A stretch of DNA of 64,000 bases from a virus, in the IMG/VR virus record IMGVR_UViG_3300044640_002221, positions 72,924-136,923 of that record. One strand, written 5' to 3'. The notes beneath the pieces are model-generated. The model was not told where the DNA came from. It saw only the letters and a program-made list of their open reading frames with translations, and searched no databases. This document shows, in pieces, positions 1-8,582 of the stretch; the stretch's first letter is position 1, and every line of letters starts with the position of its first letter. Position numbers and translations under genes: made by a program.

Positions 1-1911
1 GGCGGTACTATTACAAAACTTATCAGCCCTAAACCTCTTTCTCTAACTCCGGTAGAGATACCAACTCTTCCTTTTGTAGCAGCTAACTCTACAACTACTA
101 AGCTATATCTTGAAGGAGATTTAGCTGAAGAAAGAATAGCTCCTTTTACCTTTGTAGGTGGCGACACTCTTTATGTAAATGATGGTGAAGGTACAGAGTA
201 TACTGCAAAACTATCGGCTACAGCTCCTTTCTTTGCTCAAGATAGTAACGGCTGGTACTTTATCACTCAAGCAACTTCTAACGGCATCTATGCTAATAGA
301 GCTTTGATAAACTTATTTCCTATTTCTATCAAAAGGGTGGTTGACGAGAGATCACAAGACGACAGAATCTATTGGTTAAAGCTGGAAGGATTAACCTCTG
401 ACTCTCAGCGTAGACCTTTAGAAAACTTTGTTCTTAGGTTTAACCAGACTTTAATGAGTAAGACTCTCGCAAGAAGTCTATTTGTAGCAGCAGTTAAAAC
501 TACTGATAGTGCCGGAGTTAATCTTGCTACTGGAACTTATTTAATAGCATTACTAAGTGCAGATGGTAATAATGACCTGACTGAGAATATTTATCCACCA
601 ATAGCGGTTAATGCCCCTCTTGAGAACTCTGCTACTAGCTTGACTTACAAGGCTATGCAGACTCTACTCACTGCTTTAGAGATATCACAAGCGGAGCAAT
701 CAACCTTACTGGTGGCATCTAACTCTGAAGCTACTATTCCAGTAACTATCCGTCCTGACTTTGCTAGACCCTCGTTGATAAGATGCTCTATGCACACTTG
801 GGAGTGGCAAGGGTACATGAACTACTCTTCTGCTTTACCTAAGTTTCAACAAAAAGTTTTATCCTTTACTGACTCAATGAAAAGAATAAAGGTAGAAACA
901 GAGGGAGGTCGTGTTTACTCTACTGGTATAGATCAAGACGGTAATTTTATTGTTGGTAATAAGGTTATTGACTTAAAGACTGGTAATGAAAAGGCACTTA
1001 ACGGAGCTAATACAGACTCTCAAGTGTTTAAGAAGCTAACAGTGACTGAAAGGCTGTTAATGTTTCCTAACTCTACTTTAGATTTGAGGTCTACAAAGCT
1101 AAGTATTGATTCACGGACTAGGTTTACAAGCCCTATTACTACTAACTCTCTTACTTACGCCACAACCGAGCAGCCAGGGTTTATAGAGATTGCTAATGTT
1201 GCTGAAGTTATTGCGGGGACTAATAATAAACTAGCTGTAGTGCCTGCTACTTTAAAAGCAGTTACAGACTTGTTAGAAACAGGGATAGGAAACATACTAG
1301 ACTCTTTAGTACCTATATTAGACTCTTTAGTGCCTCTAGGAACAATTATTGAGGCTTCTACTAATACTGCTCCTACTTGGGGAACATGGATGCCTGCTGA
1401 TAACAGAGAAATATCTGTCGAAACTTACCCAGAGTATTATGCTGCTTTAGGAAGTCCAACCTTATCCTCTGAACCTTCATTAGCGGCTCCTTTAGGAAAG
1501 TATAGAATACCAGATAGAAGAGATAGAGTTTCTGTGGGTGCTGGAGGAAGTTATAGTTTGGGGTCTACAGGGGGAGCACCCACTCATACTTTGACTATTA
1601 ATGAGATGCCTACTCATAGTCATACTGCTGATCACACACATACTTATAATGATCCCTCTCACACTCATGTTTTAACTTTAGGAGGAACTCAACTTAGAGG
1701 ATATGCTGAGGGCAATGGAGCAAAAGGAGATGGAGCAGAATTAACCACTATACCCGGGGGTTCTCTAATGTATGCACTTAATTCTTATAGCTATACTGGG
1801 ATTACTATTAATCCTACTTCTGGGCTTACAACCAGCAGTCAAGGTTTAGGGCAAGCTCACAACAATATGCAACCCTACATAGTTCACAATCATTTTGTAA
1901 GAGTCAAGTAG
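1..1911 (+). CDS. Tail fibre protein with C-terminal phage tail-collar domain (5' end outside window)
   Basis: Frame 1 is open from base 1 to TAG at 1909-1911, so the track start at 304 is internal. Collar-type motifs PLGTIIE...WMPADNREISVETYPEYYAALG...YRIPDRRDRVSVGAG...GGAPTHTLTINEMPTHSH...HNNMQPY. Confidence 0.85.
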   Translation, partial: GGTITKLISPKPLSLTPVEIPTLPFVAANSTTTKLYLEGDLAEERIAPFTFVGGDTLYVNDGEGTEYTAKLSATAPFFAQDSNGWYFITQATSNGIYANRALINLFPISIKRVVDERSQDDRIYWLKLEGLTSDSQRRPLENFVLRFNQTLMSKTLARSLFVAAVKTTDSAGVNLATGTYLIALLSADGNNDLTENIYPPIAVNAPLENSATSLTYKAMQTLLTALEISQAEQSTLLVASNSEATIPVTIRPDFARPSLIRCSMHTWEWQGYMNYSSALPKFQQKVLSFTDSMKRIKVETEGGRVYSTGIDQDGNFIVGNKVIDLKTGNEKALNGANTDSQVFKKLTVTERLLMFPNSTLDLRSTKLSIDSRTRFTSPITTNSLTYATTEQPGFIEIANVAEVIAGTNNKLAVVPATLKAVTDLLETGIGNILDSLVPILDSLVPLGTIIEASTNTAPTWGTWMPADNREISVETYPEYYAALGSPTLSSEPSLAAPLGKYRIPDRRDRVSVGAGGSYSLGSTGGAPTHTLTINEMPTHSHTADHTHTYNDPSHTHVLTLGGTQLRGYAEGNGAKGDGAELTTIPGGSLMYALNSYSYTGITINPTSGLTTSSQGLGQAHNNMQPYIVHNHFVRVK

Positions 1912-1912
1912 C

Positions 1913-2929
1913 TTAAAGTATTTCTGGGGCGGAGAGACCTAGTTCTTGAGCTTTAGCTGCTAGTCTTTTCAGCTCCAGGTTACTAATCTGTCTTACTCTA
2001 TAGTGAGTAATATTTAAAATACTTCCTATCTCTTTAGCAGTCATAGGAGCTTCACCATCCAAACCAAATCTCCAAGTCAGGATATTTCTTTCTCTATCGT
2101 TACTGTCTTCCATGAGAAGGGTTAAAGTAGCTAGATAGTCTAACTTCTCTAAGCTTGGAAGTATCTGGTCTTCTGCTTCTATTAACTCTCCTATAGTGCA
2201 TTTCGAGTCAGCAAACTCTCCTGTAACAATATCTGTGGAGCAAACGCTTTGGCTCCACCTCTGCAAATTAACTATTTTTTCATAGGGTAAACACATTACT
2301 TCGGCTAACTGTGCCACTTTAGGAGTGCAGCCGCTTTGTTCTGTTAATACTTTAGTTATTCTTTTTAGCTTATTAACCTGTTCGTGAACCATTACAGGCA
2401 GTCTTATAGTTCTACTCTGTTGAGTTATAGACCTAGTTATAGCTTGTCTAATCCAGCAAGAAGCATAGGTAGAAAACTTAAAACCCTTGTCTGGGTCGAA
2501 CTTCTCGGCGGCTCTATTCAACCCTACAGAACCTTCTTGCACTAAGTCTATTAGAGACTCTTCTTGTTTTCTGGCGTATCCTTTTGCTAAAACTACTACT
2601 AATCTTAAATTAGCTTCTATAAGTTTTTTTCTAGCGTTACTAGCTCTTTTTAATATAGTATTTAACTCTTGTAAGCTTATTCCTATTGTTTCTGCTTGCT
2701 GTAAAGTAGCTATGGGTTTAGCGAGATTTAATTTTAGTTGAGGGTGTTGTTCTGCTAAACCCATAGCCTTTCTTACAATCCTGCCTAAAGACTTTTCCTC
2801 CTCAGCGGTTAGCAGTTTATACCTTCCTATAGCTCGTAAAAAAGCACCAAGGCAATCTTCTTCTCTGCCGTTTGGTTCTTCTATTCTTATATCCTGTAAT
2901 ACTGTCGTTTTCTTCTTGTCTGTCTTCAT
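1913..2929 (-). CDS. RNA polymerase sigma70-family factor (RpoD/group-2-like, cyanobacterial type)
   Basis: Region 1.2 RYKLLTAEEE, region 2 LIEANLRLVV...LVQEGSVGLNRAAEKFDPDKGFKFSTYASCWIRQAITRSI, region 4 HTH RERNILTWRFGL...TAKEIG...RVRQI. Confidence 0.95.
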   Translation of the reverse strand: MKTDKKKTTVLQDIRIEEPNGREEDCLGAFLRAIGRYKLLTAEEEKSLGRIVRKAMGLAEQHPQLKLNLAKPIATLQQAETIGISLQELNTILKRASNARKKLIEANLRLVVVLAKGYARKQEESLIDLVQEGSVGLNRAAEKFDPDKGFKFSTYASCWIRQAITRSITQQSRTIRLPVMVHEQVNKLKRITKVLTEQSGCTPKVAQLAEVMCLPYEKIVNLQRWSQSVCSTDIVTGEFADSKCTIGELIEAEDQILPSLEKLDYLATLTLLMEDSNDRERNILTWRFGLDGEAPMTAKEIGSILNITHYRVRQISNLELKRLAAKAQELGLSAPEIL

Positions 2930-2982
2930 ACGCTGTTAGTTTTAGTAGTTAGGCTTATACTAACAGTTTTGTTGCCTTGTGT

Positions 2983-4335
2983 TCAACCTACCTCTAAGAA
3001 TTTTGATGCTCCACAATTAGAGGCTATATTCTTTAATGCTTCTCTGATACCAAAATGTTCCTTTGCTGAACCATAAACGCAGTGCATTACTGTGTTATTA
3101 ACTTCTACAATTGGTGTAAGAAATCTGTTTAAACACTCTTCCATGCCGTTTTCTATTTCATCATATCCTTCTACTAATTCTGGGGCTTGGTTCTCCTCTA
3201 CTTCTTTATCTAAAGTCTGTAAGTCCACAATCATCTTTCTAGGGGCGTAGTAAGGCGGCTTATAGACTAACGCAATAATAACAGAGGCACACGTGATGTT
3301 TATGCCGACAATACTACGACTGCGACCTGTATGACGGCGCAGAACTAATAGGTGTAAAGGAGTCAGCCCGCCGGCTTCTATAATTGGGCCACAAAACATA
3401 GCTGCTTTATGTCCTATTGTTATCAAACCAAAACCACCAGGCTTGATTATATTACCCAACTGACCGCATAGTTTGATAAAACCTTCCTCTTCATCTTTTA
3501 TAAAGCTATATCTCATAGGAGCTTCTACTACTGCTACGTCAACAGACTCATAAGGTACTTTATTCAAAGCTGTTGGTGCTAAACCTTTATAAACTTTTGA
3601 CTTCATTCCTCCAGTAGAAAGAGCAGCCTTTTCTTTTTGTATTTCCTCATCTTGTGTCTTTTCTTTTTCTTTTTTTATAGATAATAAAGCTTCTTTTGTG
3701 CTCTTAAAGCCAGAGTTAGTATCTGTTACTAAAAGATTTGCTACTTCTATTTGTCTTTTAGCACTCAGTTTAGAAAGGTTCCTTAGTTCCTTTGCGTCCT
3801 CTGCTACACTACTTTCTGCTAAAACATCTATGACTTGTGGGTTTACTCCAGCCTCGGCTAGTTTTATCTTTCTGTATACTTTTATTAAGTCAGTTATTTC
3901 TTCTCTTGTTGGGGGTTCTTTAGATGCAGCTGCTAGTTTAAGTATTTCTTCTTTTACTTCAGGCTCTACAGTTGTTCTGGCTGTGTTATACAAAGCACTT
4001 AAGCTTAATCTAGATATTCCTTTTGAATGCTCTTCACCATGCTCTAAAACTAAGTTATAGAGGTTTATAAGATTATTGGCTGTGTCATGAGATATTTCAC
4101 CTACTAACTCTGTCTCAACCCATCTTTGCCAAAGTTTGCCTTTGTTATTCTTCATGAATATCTCTCTAGCTACTTTAAGCTTTCCACCAATCTCAACCGC
4201 TACTGTCTGGCTTTGTCTTCTCCAAGAAGAACTTATTTCTAAAACTTCAGTGGCAATTGTTTTAAGCTCTTCTGAAGCTGTTTCTTCTATTTCTAGAAAC
4301 TCATTAGTTAAAATTAAAGAACCGTTATTTAACAT
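2983..4335 (-). CDS. DUF3102-like N-terminal domain plus degenerate methyltransferase-like C-terminal domain
   Basis: AVEIGGKLKVARE...LWQRWVETE...TANNLINLY resembles DUF3102. ALNKVPYESVDVAVVEAP...NIIKPGG resembles the MTase SVDLVVTDPPY...LKPGG pattern but lacks DPPY. Confidence 0.5.
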   Translation of the reverse strand: MLNNGSLILTNEFLEIEETASEELKTIATEVLEISSSWRRQSQTVAVEIGGKLKVAREIFMKNNKGKLWQRWVETELVGEISHDTANNLINLYNLVLEHGEEHSKGISRLSLSALYNTARTTVEPEVKEEILKLAAASKEPPTREEITDLIKVYRKIKLAEAGVNPQVIDVLAESSVAEDAKELRNLSKLSAKRQIEVANLLVTDTNSGFKSTKEALLSIKKEKEKTQDEEIQKEKAALSTGGMKSKVYKGLAPTALNKVPYESVDVAVVEAPMRYSFIKDEEEGFIKLCGQLGNIIKPGGFGLITIGHKAAMFCGPIIEAGGLTPLHLLVLRRHTGRSRSIVGINITCASVIIALVYKPPYYAPRKMIVDLQTLDKEVEENQAPELVEGYDEIENGMEECLNRFLTPIVEVNNTVMHCVYGSAKEHFGIREALKNIASNCGASKFLEVG

Positions 4336-4454
4336 ACAGCCTTCCTGTTTTATTTTTAGGTCTCTAGATTATAACTTCTATTTTGTTATTTTGAAACCTA
4401 AAAATAAAATTTATTGTAAGGTGTATACAATTACAGCTTAATGACAGGGGGTGT

Positions 4455-4706
4455 TTAAATACAGCTTACTACGTTAGCTACGCGTGAAAGCAGGTTAAAA
4501 TTGTACCCAATACTACTATATGAATTTGTTAATACTTTAACATCTTCTGGAGTTAATTTATTTTCTGCTAATTGCGGTAGAACATAATACTCTAAAAATA
4601 CCTCAGCTTCTTTCTCTGTTAATGTTAAAACTCCCTCAACTATCCATCTACTAATAACTTGAGTTGGGGGTAGAGAAGATTTCTGATTATCTAAAGAAAC
4701 AAGCAT
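4455..4706 (-). CDS. Hypothetical protein
   Basis: 83-aa ORF co-oriented with neighbours. Confidence 0.6.
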   Translation of the reverse strand: MLVSLDNQKSSLPPTQVISRWIVEGVLTLTEKEAEVFLEYYVLPQLAENKLTPEDVKVLTNSYSSIGYNFNLLSRVANVVSCI

Positions 4707-4885
4707 AAGTGCTACTTTTTACTAGATTGCTTGACTATTATAGTTAAAAGTTAAGTTATATGCCTACTTGAAAAGATTGATGATAAACGACAAAAGCAAG
4801 CATTTACTCTATGGAATGTAAGAGCTATTATGTGTGCAAAAAACCTTTCTTAACTCAACGAACTGTTCGTCGTTTTTTTGCTAAG

Positions 4886-5584
4886 TTAATTGGGTTGAAA
4901 GTTTTTTGCTCCTATACCATGAACGTCAACTACTATATTGCCAAACCTACCATTACACTTACCACAATCTTGACAAGTTATGGCATAGTTACTACTATCT
5001 GCTGGGCAGTAGGTTTCATCCGGCAGTACAGGTTCATGTTTTTGTTTAACTCTAAAGGTCTTCCACCCTCTTGAGTTTGCTTCTGTTTTTAGTCTTACAC
5101 TTTCTACTGAAGCTTGTATATGTTGTCTCCATCTAGAGTCACAATCTCTCCATCTGTGAGTGTACCCTGTTTTGATTCTTGTCACTTTTAGTAATGCCTC
5201 CCATATTTCAAAGGGAACTGCAGTAGCTTCTCCATAAGCGGCTATTCTTAAATCTCTACCATTTAACTTGTAAGAAGTTTTAATTAAAGGATACTTATCT
5301 TCCTTATAAGCCTTGTACACCTGTCCTATAGTCATGTGGTTAACATAACAGATTCTTCCTTTACCTTTATCTCCCCTTAGAGGACAGCTACCACATACTG
5401 ACTCATCTGCTCCACTCCTAATAGCTTCTGTAGGATGAATATCTTTTGGTAAAATCCAAGTCTGTAACATCCAACCTGTCTTGCGATTAGCTGAGGGTCT
5501 AGTTGTACCTGTTACCAGCAAAATAATAGAAGCTCCATTAATTAATGAAGCTCCCTCCCATATAACATTTCCGTTTGGTATCAT
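4886..5584 (-). CDS. Conserved Cys-rich phage protein (radical-SAM-like/Gp88-like, tentative)
   Basis: SANRKTG...CGSCP...CYV, LRIAAYGE, TGYTHRW, C-terminal CPA...TCQDCGKC...VHG. Confidence 0.5.
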   Translation of the reverse strand: MIPNGNVIWEGASLINGASIILLVTGTTRPSANRKTGWMLQTWILPKDIHPTEAIRSGADESVCGSCPLRGDKGKGRICYVNHMTIGQVYKAYKEDKYPLIKTSYKLNGRDLRIAAYGEATAVPFEIWEALLKVTRIKTGYTHRWRDCDSRWRQHIQASVESVRLKTEANSRGWKTFRVKQKHEPVLPDETYCPADSSNYAITCQDCGKCNGRFGNIVVDVHGIGAKNFQPN

Positions 5585-5633
5585 CTGTTCTGGCTTATTT
5601 TAATTTCTTTCTTTCGCTCTCTCTCGTCTTTTT

Positions 5634-6182
5634 TTATTCAGACTTGAACAAGTCCTGCTCAGCTTTTCTTCTTAGGACTAGCCCCTTTAAAATCCCTCTT
5701 CTACCTCTTCTCCATTTTGGCAGCTCGTCCGCCGCCCCGGCATAATCTCCTCTGTTCAGCTTCTTCAGTAAAGAAGACCTTTGAAAAGCTCCGTCTCCTG
5801 TATTAAAAGTGAAAGATACTAGAGCACTAAACTGGTTATCAGTAAGAGGAACCTTTACATATTTACTAACTACAGCCTCAAATTCTTTCATATCTTGCTG
5901 TAGCAGTAGCTCTGCTTTCTCTACTGTAATAGCTCTACCTTGCCTTGCGGTTTTACCTGTATGACCCCACCCAATACTTTTTACACCTGATGGACATAAG
6001 TAAGGTCTTAGGTACAAACCTTCAAAGTGTTTAACCAGTTTTAACCCCGCTGGGTTGATACGTCTTTCTTGTTTAACTGGTTGTATACTGACTTCTTCTT
6101 CTTCTTCTTGCTTAAAGTCTATTAAAGGTGTATGCCACTTGAGAGTAACTGCTAATAGAAGGGATTCAAACATTTCTGTCAA
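5634..6182 (-). CDS. Phage lysozyme (GH24) endolysin
   Basis: INPAGLKLVKHFEGLYLRPYLCPSGVKSIGWGHTG...LTDNQFSALVSFTFNTG...GLVLRRKAEQDLF. Confidence 0.95.
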   Translation of the reverse strand: MTEMFESLLLAVTLKWHTPLIDFKQEEEEEVSIQPVKQERRINPAGLKLVKHFEGLYLRPYLCPSGVKSIGWGHTGKTARQGRAITVEKAELLLQQDMKEFEAVVSKYVKVPLTDNQFSALVSFTFNTGDGAFQRSSLLKKLNRGDYAGAADELPKWRRGRRGILKGLVLRRKAEQDLFKSE

Positions 6183-6268
6183 TTGAGTTCTACATCCGCT
6201 GAAGTGCGGCTAACTATTGGTCTATCCCTATTTTCTCACTAGTTGAAGATTAATGGAATGTTATAAGC

Positions 6269-6305
6269 TAAAAGCCTCTTAAATCAATGATTTAAGAGGC
6301 TTTTA
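6269..6305. terminator. Long perfect hairpin, probable (bidirectional) intrinsic terminator
   Basis: TAAAAGCCTCTTAAATCA-A-TGATTTAAGAGGCTTTTA, a perfect inverted repeat with A/T tails on both sides. Confidence 0.85.
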
Positions 6306-6596
6306 GGTGCTGGCGTAACAGCCTAGAGGTTAACTATCGTTCTGAGAATAACGTATAAGACCTTGTTCTAGGGTTTTATCGAGCGTTGACCCTTAATGGT
6401 TGAGCTTTGATAAATAAGAACTTTGAGCTTTTAGGATTGAAAGTTGAACTTTGAAGGTTGAGCTTTGAAGTCTTTTCTTCGGATGGTTCACTGACCACTA
6501 AAGAACGATACGCTTTATGTACACTTCGCCGAGTGTTGGTTAGCCTTTGCCCCAGCTAGAGGGTTCTCTGATTTAAGTTATTCGCTATGACAGCAC
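6306..6596 (-). ncRNA. Candidate ~290-nt structured ncRNA downstream of the coiled-coil gene
   Basis: Ends pair: GUGCUG/CAGCAC and UCAUAGC/GCUGUUA. Internal helices: GAAUAAC/GUUAUUC, UAUCGUUCU/AGAACGAUA (9 bp) and AAGACUU/AGGUCUU, the last closing the repeat loop. Ends at a terminator. Confidence 0.7.
6376..6468 (-). repeat. 13 near-tandem heptamers (consensus TCAAnnn)
   Basis: Minus strand: tcaaagc tcaacct tcaaagt tcaactt tcaatcc taaaagc tcaaagt tcttatt (ta) tcaaagc tcaacca ttaaggg tcaacgc tcgataa. Confidence 0.9.
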
Positions 6597-6610
6597 TGTA
6601 ATTATAACAC

Positions 6611-7234
6611 CTAAACTTCGATTGTGGTTGTGGAGTTACTAACTGAGATAATGTCATCTACATTATTCATAAAAGCCTCTACGTCATCATGAAGTTTATT
6701 GATTAAAGTAACCAAGTTGAGCGGATCTATAGCAGTAGCTTGATTACGTTCTAAAAAAGGTGTAGCAACGGCTTTATAGTCTGACTCTGCTATATCAGTC
6801 TTTCCTTGAAAGGTAGACTTGATTAAGTCATCTAACCTATCAGAAACTCTGTTATTTAGGGAAGTCACGGTAGATTCTACTTTCTTCAGCTGCTGCTGCA
6901 TTACTTTACCAAGCTGTAGTCGGTACAGGATAGACTGTTTAGTCTCAATAGCAGCGGCTACAGTGTACTCCTTACCAGCAATAGTAACTTTGGTTGCGCC
7001 GTTACTGTTAACTATTGCTTGCTTGATTTTCTCACGATAGTCAATAAGGTCGTTAATAGCCTGGTAACTGCTCTTAATAGCTTTTTCTAACTCTTCTTGG
7101 CTTCGGTAGCCTACTGGCAGCTGACCTGGCTTTTCCATTAAGAAGACAAAAGTAGACTCAGAAGTGAGTTTTGTGATGCGATCGCCTAAAGTTTTGAGTT
7201 CTTTGAGGGCGCGAGTGATTGTTAAGGTTGTCAT
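6611..7234 (-). CDS. Alpha-helical coiled-coil protein, DIP1984/DUF6847-like (tentative family)
   Basis: MTTLTITRALKELKTLGDRI...YQAINDLIDYREKIKQAIVNSNGATKVTIAGKEYTVAAAIE...VDDIISVSNSTTTIEV. Family recalled from motif pattern, not searched. Confidence 0.6.
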   Translation of the reverse strand: MTTLTITRALKELKTLGDRITKLTSESTFVFLMEKPGQLPVGYRSQEELEKAIKSSYQAINDLIDYREKIKQAIVNSNGATKVTIAGKEYTVAAAIETKQSILYRLQLGKVMQQQLKKVESTVTSLNNRVSDRLDDLIKSTFQGKTDIAESDYKAVATPFLERNQATAIDPLNLVTLINKLHDDVEAFMNNVDDIISVSNSTTTIEV

Positions 7235-7269
7235 AAAGAAGATTGATTGTTGAATGTGAATATTGTAAC

Positions 7270-7905
7270 TTAATCTGGAAGACTTGGTAGCTGTACTAGA
7301 GAAGTATCTACCTCGGTTAGCATTGCCTCTTGTGAATGTAGAATCCCCGTGTCTTTAGACCTGGGAGTGTCAAGCTGTATTTTCTTAAGTGTCTTCACTT
7401 TACTAACAACTGTTTCACTGATATTCTGCCATAAAACATTAATAGGAGTCTGAAGAATCTCTATAATAGTAAGTGGGGCTGGTGGAATAACAACAGCTTT
7501 TGATGACTGTTCCTCTACGTCTGCTGATCTTAAAGCTTTTACATTAGATTTTGCGTTAGTCACCATCGTAGTAGATTCTAGGCTGCCAAAATCAAGTTCT
7601 AACTGGATAAACTCTTTATTGAGCTTACTTTCTTCTACTATCTCTGGATTAACTTTATTCTCTACAAAGTGTGTAGCTATGTTAGATAAAAGTAATGGAA
7701 AGTAGACAGCTCCAATACAAACTGTGATCAGACTTAAAGTTATTAGCTGTAGTGCTTTCAAACTTAGCAAGATAGCTTCTTTGAGTTGTTTTAAGGATTC
7801 TTCTGTCCACAAATCATTCTTGGCGTAATGAATAACTTGCTGAGTGTACAAGTCTAAACGCTCTTCTAAAGTTGTTAAAAGTTCTTTTTGACTGGGTAAA
7901 TACAT
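7270..7905 (-). CDS. Hypothetical membrane protein; C-terminus read through an IS605-type right end
   Basis: Hydrophobic segment ITLSLITVCIGAVYFPLLL. LDTPRSKDTGIL is the antisense reading of the IS end. Confidence 0.6.
   Translation of the reverse strand: MYLPSQKELLTTLEERLDLYTQQVIHYAKNDLWTEESLKQLKEAILLSLKALQLITLSLITVCIGAVYFPLLLSNIATHFVENKVNPEIVEESKLNKEFIQLELDFGSLESTTMVTNAKSNVKALRSADVEEQSSKAVVIPPAPLTIIEILQTPINVLWQNISETVVSKVKTLKKIQLDTPRSKDTGILHSQEAMLTEVDTSLVQLPSLPD
7341..7373 (+). mobile_element. IS200/IS605-family right end remnant
   Basis: GAAT-CCCCG-T-GTC-TTTA-GAC-CTGGG-AGTG-TCAA. Guide GAAT, subterminal hairpin and TCAA cleavage site, as in the IS608 right end. Confidence 0.75.
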
Positions 7906-8002
7906 AATTCTTTTCCTTTCTGTTAATTAAATAGTTTGGGGAGTCATAAGACCCCCCCTCTTTCTCTTTTCTTTTCTTTTCGTTTCTCTTACTTTGAGCT
8001 TA

Positions 8003-8263
8003 CTAAAACGGCTCTTGATAGCTTGGATCTAGCTTACTAAACCAATGTTTTATCCTTAAAGTTAGATAAGCCTTTAGAAGTCTTAACTGCTCTAATAAAG
8101 ATGGGCTTAATTCTACACAATCAGTTTCTTCTACTATGCTGTAGTCTGTAAATACTAGAAATGTAGCACCATAACTGTTACCAGAACAGTCACCATACAA
8201 CTCTAGCTCCGAAACCTTGTCTTTCAGCTTCTTGATTCCTTGATTTTTGATTAGATAGTACAT
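8003..8263 (-). CDS. Hypothetical protein
   Basis: 86-aa ORF with GAAGGAG SD-like sequence upstream. Confidence 0.7.
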   Translation of the reverse strand: MYYLIKNQGIKKLKDKVSELELYGDCSGNSYGATFLVFTDYSIVEETDCVELSPSLLEQLRLLKAYLTLRIKHWFSKLDPSYQEPF

Positions 8264-8303
8264 ACTACTCTTCTCCTTCCTGCTTTCTCTTTTCTTTTTT
8301 TTC

Positions 8304-8582
8304 TTACATAGCCAGCTCTGTTATGATTGGGTCTACTTCTATACCCAGTTCCTTTCTCAACAAAGTTAAGTTAGGTTTTGTGTCCTCAAAGCAAGTATTT
8401 CTTGATGTGCTGTATCTTTCTAAGATATTAGTAGTTCTGTTATAGATACCTTCTGGATATAGTGTTTCTGCATCCAGCCCTGCTTGAAGATAGAAATATG
8501 CTCCTGCGTAAGTATCCTCCTCCTGAGACCATAGAACTCCGTAACGCCAGGATAAGGCTACATAGTTATTTATCTTCTTCAT
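8304..8582 (-). CDS. Hypothetical protein
   Basis: 92-aa ORF overlapping the upstream gene end. Confidence 0.65.
   Translation of the reverse strand: MKKINNYVALSWRYGVLWSQEEDTYAGAYFYLQAGLDAETLYPEGIYNRTTNILERYSTSRNTCFEDTKPNLTLLRKELGIEVDPIITELAM

Noticed and set aside
1-1911. Diversity-generating retroelement acting on the tail fibre
   Set aside because: No reverse transcriptase and no second copy of the fibre C-terminus in this window.
6376-6468. Heptamer region as a CRISPR array or a small ORF
   Set aside because: There is no repeat-spacer structure and no cas gene. One frame is open for ~40 codons from a GTG but has no SD, and a 7-nt period plus flanking helices argue against coding.
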